The position numbers and the translations under genes are program-made. From Oligoflexales bacterium (GTDB lineage Bacteria; Bdellovibrionota_B; Oligoflexia; Oligoflexales; CAIYRB01): a stretch of 12,301 nt of DNA. The stretch spans positions 1 through 12,301 of the forward strand of contig JBGSUI010000106.1 in assembly GCA_041736175.1 (NCBI GenBank), in the 5' to 3' direction. The notes beneath the pieces are model-generated. The model ran no database searches and was not told the DNA's origin. It saw nothing but the letters and a program-made list of their open reading frames with translations. This document shows positions 1-6,549 of this stretch, piece after piece (position 1 is the stretch's first letter; every line of letters begins with the position of its first letter).

Positions 1-140
1 TAAAATTTACCTTTCATTCCAACAAATGACAGAGATGGCTGTGCTGTAAACCGTGTGATGAAGAGGCTCGTGCGGGAAATCCGCCGGCGGGCTTCTGTGG
101 GGAGGAGGGGGAGCAATTGTGCTCCCTCTCCTTACCCGAC
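1..140 (+). mobile_element. Group II intron, 3' end only (end of domain IV, domain V, domain VI, 3' splice site after ~C140)
   Basis: DV 63-95 is GAGGCTCGT-GCGG-GAAAT-CCGC-CG-GCGGGCTTC: a 9-bp lower stem with the conserved G.U wobble at position 3, a 2-nt bulge, a 4-bp upper stem and a GAAA-type loop. DVI 98-138 is a long hairpin (GGGGAGGAGGGGGAGCA/TGCTCCCTCTCCTT-A-CCC) with one bulged A134, seven nt from an AC end (ACCCGAC), the standard branch point and 3' end geometry. Confidence 0.9.
2..49 (+). CDS. Possible C-terminal fragment of the intron-encoded RT/maturase (KIYLSFQQMTEMAVL*), 5'-truncated by the window
   Basis: Frame is open from the window edge to TAA 47-49, ending 14 nt before DV, where bacterial intron ORFs usually end. 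Too short to confirm by sequence. Confidence 0.35.
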   Translation, partial: KIYLSFQQMTEMAVL

Positions 141-311
141 CATAATATCTCACTTTTTGCTAACAAGATTTGCCTTATCGGCTCAAATTTTGCGCTGATT
201 TTGGCTAGATAGGCATTTTCCGCCGTCGACTTATCGATGTCTCGTCTTCTACACACGGCCCTCTTATCGCCCTAACAATTGTCATCCTGGGTCTAAAGCC
301 CGAATTCTGAT

Positions 312-325
312 CCAATGTCGAGCAC
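312..325. repeat. Candidate left attachment site (attL): CCAATGTCGAGCAC
   Basis: 13-bp exact inverted match to 10087-10099; its last 8 bp are directly repeated at 10079-10086. Confidence 0.65.
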
Positions 326-509
326 ACCTCTTGTTTCCGCCGTGCGGCCTTACATTTGAAGTAGCACTGCGCCTGAATCGATTGGATTCTTGGAAATAAT
401 TATCTGAGGTGAGGCAGGGTTTTCAGGGAAGGTTTTTTCAATTCCAGGCCTTATAGAGATCAGGAAGCGACCTATGCGACCCTTTAACCCTCAAGGTATT
501 TGACTGCCC

Positions 510-1352
510 TCAGATACCCAAAGATTTAAAATGTGCGACTATTGAAGCAAATGCCTCGTCAAACTCAGGGGCTTGCTTAATTGTCGAAATAGCTGCTGTC
601 CATCCTCGTTTCAAAACACCCGTATTGATCAAAGATAATTTGTTGCCTATAGACTCCGGGAGTTGATCTCCTCTGAAACTAAACGTAGATTTAAGTGCAT
701 CGCGAAGTGTTATTGGGTTGGACGTGGGCAAAAATAGGTGGATGTCATAGACATCTTTGGATCGTGAATTTCTGCTACCCAGCTTCACGAGCGCGTGGAT
801 TTTTTCAGCTAAAATCGTTTCGACTGGATAGACTTGCCAGGTTAGGCTTCCATCGCCAATCGTGAAAGAGGTCGATATATTTCGAGGGGACGGCGTGACG
901 GGATCGCCCAGTCCGATATCAATATGAACGAGTTGTGCATTGATAATCTTGGGTGGTGGTTGATCTAAACCACCGCGGAAAACAAGGCTAATACCCCCAT
1001 AGTCTCCTTGTGCCTTTATGTCTGCCATCGACTCAAATTTAAACCAGACAGAGTCTCCTGGATCGACAGCCATGGCCTCTTTAATTCTTTGAATCGCCAC
1101 TTCTTTGGGGAGTCCCCGAAGGGCCGCGTCGAGATCAGTTGTGTACCTTGGTGAATTGTAGACTCTAACCCCGACATATCCCCCCTTAAAAACCAAGCAG
1201 CTGCGGAGTTTGTCGTCTGCCAACAAACGAACGGCAGCTCGTTCTAGGAGGAACATTGTCATCATTTGGGGTGTCGTAACACCTCGTTCCTGCGCAGCTC
1301 TGTTAATTTTCGCTATTATAGACTGAACTTGCGGATTTTTTGCTGTACTCAT
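510..1352 (-). CDS. abiEii: AbiEii-family nucleotidyltransferase toxin (type IV TA / abortive infection), ~280 aa
   Basis: Motifs LVFKGG, R-Y-T-T-D-L-D (NTase RxTxDxD), HIDIGLGD, ILAEKIHA and NSRSKDVYD are typical of AbiEii/DUF1814. Start moved from 1394 to ATG 1352 (MSTAKN), which gives an ATGA overlap with the antitoxin stop at 1349-1352. Confidence 0.92.
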   Translation of the reverse strand: MSTAKNPQVQSIIAKINRAAQERGVTTPQMMTMFLLERAAVRLLADDKLRSCLVFKGGYVGVRVYNSPRYTTDLDAALRGLPKEVAIQRIKEAMAVDPGDSVWFKFESMADIKAQGDYGGISLVFRGGLDQPPPKIINAQLVHIDIGLGDPVTPSPRNISTSFTIGDGSLTWQVYPVETILAEKIHALVKLGSRNSRSKDVYDIHLFLPTSNPITLRDALKSTFSFRGDQLPESIGNKLSLINTGVLKRGWTAAISTIKQAPEFDEAFASIVAHFKSLGI

Positions 1353-1951
1353 GAAACAGTTATCGCCTCCCAATGGGGGATCATGACATTCCAAAGGCCA
1401 AGATCCATGGCTGTTTGATAGATTTTTTCTTCAGTTGTCTTTTGTTCCGCAAGAGCCGTTCTTGCTGCAACAAGCGCTATTTGATATCCAATTTTTGAGG
1501 CATACCGAAAGGCCTCCACTATTGCTCGCTCGATTGTGACAATTCGATAGTCCTGGTGATCTTCTATAGCGACGTTAAGATCATTTTTTGTGTGAATGAT
1601 TCTATAATTGGCGTATTTACCCCGATTCTCGTGGGGTATGAGTATCCATATCTGCTGCGGAACCTGAGGGATCAAGACATAATCAAACAGCGCCGAAATC
1701 CCCCCGATGACCGAATCGTTACCCAGTCGATGACACGCTACAATAAAATCGAGTTTACTTTCGTCGATTACCGTGTCGCGATGACGGTAAATGCCATAGT
1801 CAAGTTTAACAACACGTCCCTTTGCCACCAGCCGAGAGACCGTCGACTGAGCAATGCCAGCCTTTACCGCATCGATCGTCCGAAAGACGCGCCGGGATTT
1901 CAGGACCTCTTCCGGGGTATGCCGTTTCAGGATTTGTGCTTCTTCCGACAC
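1349..1951 (-). CDS. abiEi: AbiEi-family antitoxin / transcriptional autorepressor (N-terminal winged HTH), ~200 aa
   Basis: wHTH pattern VFRTIDAVKAGIAQSTVSRLVAKGRVVKLDYGIY, then VIGGISAL and IVTIERAIVEAFRY; directly upstream of and coupled to abiEii. Preferred start is GTG 1951 with TAAGGA 7 nt upstream. The ORF-track start at 2170 lies upstream of the predicted promoter; ATG 2017 is a less likely alternative. Confidence 0.9.
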   Translation of the reverse strand: MSEEAQILKRHTPEEVLKSRRVFRTIDAVKAGIAQSTVSRLVAKGRVVKLDYGIYRHRDTVIDESKLDFIVACHRLGNDSVIGGISALFDYVLIPQVPQQIWILIPHENRGKYANYRIIHTKNDLNVAIEDHQDYRIVTIERAIVEAFRYASKIGYQIALVAARTALAEQKTTEEKIYQTAMDLGLWNVMIPHWEAITVS

Positions 1952-1964
1952 GCTCGAGTCCTTA

Positions 1965-2058
1965 TGACTGGCTTTTCCATATTTCTGACAGAATATGGAT
2001 TTTTCATGCCTATGCATGACTTTCACATATATCTTACCAAATATGGAGAAGTCATGCA
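1965..2058. promoter_or_regulatory. Two tandem inverted-repeat operators (four 18-bp half-sites), probable AbiEi binding sites
   Basis: Half-sites at 1965-1982, 1993-2010, 2013-2030 and 2041-2058. Relative to TGCATGACTTCTCCATAT (reverse complement of the fourth) they match 14/18, 13/18, 15/18 and 18/18. Each pair has a 10-bp spacer and the period is 48 bp. Confidence 0.8.
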
Positions 2059-2059
2059 A
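2031..2059 (-). promoter_or_regulatory. Sigma70-type promoter of the abiEi-abiEii operon
   Basis: Minus strand reads TTGCAT (2059-2054), 17-bp spacer, TAAGAT (2036-2031), with an extended -10 TGn (TGG-TAAGAT). Confidence 0.75.
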
Positions 2060-2313
2060 TGAGAAGGGGCTGGTACAAAGACTGGAAGGTTCGTTCCAGG
2101 TATTGTAACATTGAGGAAGAATGATCAAATTTAGGTGTCTCACCGCATTTAGCGGCAGTCGTTTGGCCATAATTGGGCCTCAATAGAAAAAGCCCCTCTA
2201 GTAGGCCATCGGGACGGGGAATGTCTAGGCATGGGGAACGCACCTTTCGGCGATTATAGGCCAAATTTGGCGTTCATTATTTCTAGGATCGAGCTCAGAA
2301 AGGTGGTTCAAGG

Positions 2314-3006
2314 ATGGATCACAAGAAAATCGTTGCTTATTTCCGGGTTTCAACCCGAAGGCAGGGCGAATCGGGCCTGGGTCTTGAGGGTCAGGAGGCC
2401 GCTATCAAGGCTTTTTCTCACAAAAACGGAGGTACCATCCTTGCGTCCTATACCGAGGTGGAAAGCGGGAAAATTGCTGAGCGGCGTGAGCTCGGCAAAG
2501 CATTAGCCCATGCTCGAAGGTCAAAGGCCACCTTGGTTGTTGCCAAGCTCGATCGATTAGCAAGGAATGTCGCTTTTTTGTCGGCATTGATGGACAGTGG
2601 TGTCGAATTTGTTGCTTGTGACAACCCCTACGCCAATCGCCTCACCATTCATATTCTCGCTGCTGTTGCTGAAGATGAAGCCCGACGGATTAGCGAACGT
2701 ACTAAGGCTGCCTTAGCAGCCTATAAAGTTAGGGGGGGAAGGCTTGGGGCGAGTTTGCCGCAATGTCGGACTTTAACCTTAGCCTCGCGAAAAGTAGGTG
2801 CTCAGAGAGCTGGTGATACAGCAAAAAGGCTTGCGAGTGAAGCTTACCGGGATATAGAGCCTATTTTAAGGAACTTTCAAGCTAAGGGACTGTCGCTTCG
2901 GGCCATGGCTCGTGAAATAAATGAGATTGGACATACGACCCGACGGGGGAAGAGCTGGAATCATGTTCAAATTAAAAGAATACTAGATATGGTTATGGTA
3001 AGTTGA
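2314..3006 (+). CDS. Serine site-specific recombinase (resolvase catalytic domain plus short C-terminal Recombinase-type DNA-binding domain), 230 aa
   Basis: AYFRVST with catalytic Ser13, VESGK, LVVAKLDRLAR, EARRISERTKAAL; C-terminal GLSLRAMAREINEIGHTTRRGKSWNHVQIKRIL; AAAGGTGG SD-like sequence upstream. Confidence 0.93.
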   Translation: MDHKKIVAYFRVSTRRQGESGLGLEGQEAAIKAFSHKNGGTILASYTEVESGKIAERRELGKALAHARRSKATLVVAKLDRLARNVAFLSALMDSGVEFVACDNPYANRLTIHILAAVAEDEARRISERTKAALAAYKVRGGRLGASLPQCRTLTLASRKVGAQRAGDTAKRLASEAYRDIEPILRNFQAKGLSLRAMAREINEIGHTTRRGKSWNHVQIKRILDMVMVS

Positions 3007-3106
3007 TCTATAAATCACTTTCGTCAATGACTCGTCAACTGTACAATACTCTGATACCGCTTGGTTTATACCCTGCGTCAAATAATCAACTGCACCTGGT
3101 GGACTC

Positions 3107-4279
3107 ATGGACTATATTGACCCTTCCCACTCACTGCTGGGGACTGATCCCATTTGTGATTTCAGAGAACCCCCGCTTCAACCTAAAACCCAGCCTTTTT
3201 TTAAACGCTTGCAGGCAGACTTTGAGGGTGGAGCTTTGGGATGGGTCGGCGATTTTAAAGATTTTGCCCTCGGCTATTTAACCTTTGCTTCGACTTTGCT
3301 AGCGCGAGTTCCAAACACCCATGCAAGGCCGGTTGGCGCTGTCGTGATTGGCGAGACTTCCACAGGTAAAACCGAACTCGCTAACTCACTCATGCGCCTA
3401 TTCTCCGACGATCACGTCATTTGCGTAACCTCGCTTTCAGCAAAAAGCCTGATCTATAGGTGCATCGAAGACCCCCATTGCCTCAATGGAAAAGTCATTT
3501 TTGTTGAGGAGCTATCTGGCCTTCGAAATGAAGACCTTCAATACCTACTCAGAATCTTAGTCACGCGAGGGGAGGTGCGGCACGTGACCGTGGTAAACGG
3601 AAAGCCTGTGGAAATCAGGGCCAAAGGCCATATATCACTTCAAACGACGGGTTTGCCAACCGATCGACTCCGCGACGATACCATGAATCGCCTCGTTACC
3701 ATTCATTCCGATTCGACTCCACAAATGACTGCCAGGGTTATTAGCGAGATCAAGAAACGATATTCTGCAGATGCACAATCATCTATTCAGAAAACCAAAT
3801 CGTTAGATTGGTATAAAGCCTTCTTTAATCATCTCCGACCCTATCGCGTAGTAGTGCCTTTTGCCGAAGATCTGCCATTAAATGGATCGGAACCAGAAAG
3901 TCGACGGATGTCCAAGATCATTATGGACCTTCTCTGCACCGTTGCTCTGATCAATCAGAAAGAGAGAGTCATCGAGAATGGTTTTTTAATCGCCGAACGA
4001 GAAGATTTTGACATTATCTCGGGATTTTTGAAAGTAGCTACAAAAAGTCATAATCTATCTTCGCGGGACAAAACTGTTTTTGATGCTATCAAACAATTGC
4101 CTAATGCCCCCGGTTTTTCTTATGACGATGTGATTTCCATGAAACCTGGTGATGGGTCTGCGGTTGATGGCGGTTACAGCCTAACGAGTGTAAAATATGC
4201 CCTTGCAAGTTTGGTTGATGCGGGAGTAGTTAAGGAAATTGGCCGTAAAAATAGGGTCATATATTTTTGTTTGGTGTAG
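3107..4279 (+). CDS. P-loop AAA+ (MCM-like) ATPase/helicase of mobile elements with C-terminal winged helix, 390 aa
   Basis: Walker A GETSTGKT, Walker B VIFVEE, arginine-finger-like TMNR. From memory, the motif order (ALGYL...S..SLIY...YLLRIL...KGHISLQTT...NRLVTI...TPQMT) resembles the helicase part of CHC2/Toprim primase-helicases of integrative elements. C-terminal SLTSVKYALASLVDAGVV...IYF is wHTH-like. Confidence 0.7.
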   Translation: MDYIDPSHSLLGTDPICDFREPPLQPKTQPFFKRLQADFEGGALGWVGDFKDFALGYLTFASTLLARVPNTHARPVGAVVIGETSTGKTELANSLMRLFSDDHVICVTSLSAKSLIYRCIEDPHCLNGKVIFVEELSGLRNEDLQYLLRILVTRGEVRHVTVVNGKPVEIRAKGHISLQTTGLPTDRLRDDTMNRLVTIHSDSTPQMTARVISEIKKRYSADAQSSIQKTKSLDWYKAFFNHLRPYRVVVPFAEDLPLNGSEPESRRMSKIIMDLLCTVALINQKERVIENGFLIAEREDFDIISGFLKVATKSHNLSSRDKTVFDAIKQLPNAPGFSYDDVISMKPGDGSAVDGGYSLTSVKYALASLVDAGVVKEIGRKNRVIYFCLV

Positions 4280-4388
4280 ATGTTTAAGACATACCTTTTT
4301 CTTGTAAATCGCAGCAAAATGGCGATGAGTCATTTATCGTTGATTTAGAAGTTGCAATTAGTTAATTCCATTACTCGAAAACCATCAT

Positions 4389-4415
4389 CATTGCGAATGT
4401 ACCAATTTCGCAATG
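4389..4415. repeat. Perfect 9-bp inverted repeat CATTGCGAA-N9-TTCGCAATG
   Basis: Directly visible in the intergenic region downstream of the ATPase; function unknown. Confidence 0.55.
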
Positions 4416-4633
4416 TTTCGTAAGTACAACGCCATCGGGTTTTTGAGCGCTTCTTTTTTAAGTTGCATTTATCCAAATCGATCGTTCTACTAAAGGTTCG
4501 ACGATCATTACGTAGTCCCCTCTCAATAGTCGATGAAGGGAGCCCTACGCAACTTGCGGGCCTATGTCGGCCTTAACTGCCGGAACGGCACCTATTTAAC
4601 CCACGCGCCGGACTTTGTCGCAACCCGATAGTA

Positions 4634-4699
4634 AAACGCAGAGAGCGTTTCATTTTTCCTTAATTAGCCAATATTCAGACGGCTCTCGATGAGCCTTTT
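4634..4699 (+). terminator. Two weak hairpin plus T-tract motifs, possible intrinsic terminators upstream of the MTase operon
   Basis: AAACGC-AGAGA-GCGTTT followed by CATTTTT (4634-4657) and GGCTC-TCGAT-GAGCC followed by TTTT (4681-4699). Stems are short. Confidence 0.3.
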
Positions 4700-4881
4700 G
4701 GCCTTCTGAAAATTATCGGCCAGAACACAAGTAAAGAACCTTCCTACCATCCGCTTCACGCTGAGACTGAAGGTGCTTGCTCGACAGCCCTTTCTCCACC
4801 TCCCCTTAATTGTTCATGCCCGTACGCCGAAACACCTATGGCCATTAAGGCTCAACCCAAGCTAAACTAAAGGTGCGATGT

Positions 4882-6549
4882 ATGAAGGATAAGCTCCAAA
4901 AGGCGTTCGAGAAATATTACAAATGCACGAAAAGACTAGACATTTCAGCTTTCGCGTCTGTTCTGACAGTTCTCCATTGCTTCAAGTCAAAGCAGAGCAC
5001 CCACGTCCCGAGCGATGGCTCAGAGTACAAAACCTCCATACGCATTGTTCAGCGTCTGCTTCAGACAGCTGACGGCAAGTCGTTCATCGCTTGCATTGAA
5101 GAATATGCGAGAGAGACGCCTTACCATCAACGGGTAACGGACATTACCAATTTGTACGAAGAGTCCGCTGAAGGAAAGAAGGCAAGAGAGAAAATCGGCG
5201 CGTTCTATACTCCGATCAAATACTCAATCATGGCGCTAAAGTCATACCGCGAGTCTAGTGTTACCACGGTTTTTGATCCGTTTTGTGGGTGCGGCTCTTG
5301 GCTTGCTGCGGCAAATATCGTTTATGGACACGACAAAGTCGAAGTCTTCGGTACGGACATTGACTTAACCGCAATCCTGGTTGCTCGACTAGTAGTAGCG
5401 TGGGCGAAAGAGCGTTCTCCAAGGACTCTGAAAGTCGTTGAAAAAAATCTTGTAGCGCTGGATACGCTGTATCCCTCAACGAAGGAGCAACAAAAACTCG
5501 CCGAGTTCGCCGGCCAAGCCGCCCTAGTTGCTACCAATCCGCCTTACGGGTTTTCGGTAAAATCTAGACCGACGAGTGTCTCCGAAGCACCGATTCCAGA
5601 CAAGGAAGTTTTCTACCTTTCTATCTTGCGGGTTCTCCACGACGCCCCGCGCACTCCCGCCATGTTTTTAGTTCCAAACACTATGCTTCTCAATGTCGGT
5701 TCAGAGAAATTTCGCTCATGGCTATCCACAAGCTATTGCGCAAGAGTAACAGATCACAGTGCTGAAACACTTTTTGAGTCGGCAACTGTCAGAAACATTC
5801 TGTTGGAAACCTCCCCCGGAAGTGGTCTTCAAGTAAGAAAATCATTTTCAGATAAATGGATACAGCCACGTAATCTAACGGCTCTCGCCGAAAGAAACCA
5901 ACTTGTCGTTAGCGATTTGTTCCAAGTGTCGCAGGGCCTCATCCCGTACGACAAGTATAGGGGTCACAGCGAGAACCAAATTCGTAACCGCGTCTTTCAC
6001 GCAGACTCCAAGGTCGACGCTTCATTTAAGCCAGAAATTCAGGGCAAGGACGTAACTGTGTGCCGCGTGGAGAGAAAGACTTCTTCATGGATCAAGTACG
6101 GCCCATGGCTCGCTGCACCTCGGGATCAGAAATTCTTCAAGCAGCCTAGAGTGCTGATTCGCGAAATCACCTCATCGAAGCACGGACACATCTATTGTGC
6201 ATTTACCGATCGCGAGTTCTACAACACGCCGTCGATCATCAACGTCGTTTCAAAGGACGAGCGAATTACCGAAGCCAATCTGAAGACGCTATCCGTCCTT
6301 CTTTCCAGCGACCTCTACTCGGAAATCCATTTCAACAGCAGTCCCAAAGCCCAGAAGGGCCTATTCCCGAAGATTTTGGTGCGAGATGTAAGAAATCTGC
6401 CGCTCCCAGAAAATTTTATGACTCTCAATTTGAGCCACATTTACGATTGCGCTGTGGACCTTGCCGATCGTGGCAGCGACGAAAACGAGATTCGAACCTT
6501 TATCAGCGATAATGTAGCAAAGGCAAATGCTAGGACGGGTGCAGCATGA
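4882..6549 (+). CDS. Gamma-class N6-adenine DNA methyltransferase with C-terminal TaqI-like target recognition domain, ~555 aa
   Basis: Motif X GAFYTP (5197-5214), motif I FDPFCGCG (from 5272), motif II GTDID, motif IV NPPY (5536-5547), motif VIII-like LFESATV; TRD-like SQGLIPYD...IQGKDV...FKQPRVLIREIT...VRNLPLP. ATG 4882 is preferred over GTG 4873 because AAAGGTG sits ~6 nt upstream. Confidence 0.92.
   Translation: MKDKLQKAFEKYYKCTKRLDISAFASVLTVLHCFKSKQSTHVPSDGSEYKTSIRIVQRLLQTADGKSFIACIEEYARETPYHQRVTDITNLYEESAEGKKAREKIGAFYTPIKYSIMALKSYRESSVTTVFDPFCGCGSWLAAANIVYGHDKVEVFGTDIDLTAILVARLVVAWAKERSPRTLKVVEKNLVALDTLYPSTKEQQKLAEFAGQAALVATNPPYGFSVKSRPTSVSEAPIPDKEVFYLSILRVLHDAPRTPAMFLVPNTMLLNVGSEKFRSWLSTSYCARVTDHSAETLFESATVRNILLETSPGSGLQVRKSFSDKWIQPRNLTALAERNQLVVSDLFQVSQGLIPYDKYRGHSENQIRNRVFHADSKVDASFKPEIQGKDVTVCRVERKTSSWIKYGPWLAAPRDQKFFKQPRVLIREITSSKHGHIYCAFTDREFYNTPSIINVVSKDERITEANLKTLSVLLSSDLYSEIHFNSSPKAQKGLFPKILVRDVRNLPLPENFMTLNLSHIYDCAVDLADRGSDENEIRTFISDNVAKANARTGAA

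Noticed and set aside
14..256. 80 aa minus-strand ORF
   Set aside because: Its 3' half is the antisense of intron DV/DVI. The first ~38 codons could belong to a gene hit by the intron, but nothing supports this.
155..345. Possible integron attC site downstream of the intron (CTAAC motifs near 160 and 272)
   Set aside because: No matching GTTRRRY box or L-box pairing found.
401..516. 9-bp inverted repeat TATCTGAGG / CCTCAGATA around the abiEii stop
   Set aside because: About 100-bp spacing and no T-tract; not a convincing terminator and could be chance.
1556..2062. 168 aa plus-strand ORF (also 1822-2019, 2052-2264, 2231-2506, 2405-2587, 3003-3281)
   Set aside because: Shadow or alternate-frame ORFs over well-supported genes and regulatory DNA, with no motifs.
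1952..2170. 73 aa N-terminal extension of AbiEi in the ORF track
   Set aside because: It overlaps the promoter and operator array and does not look protein-like; GTG 1951 has a good SD.
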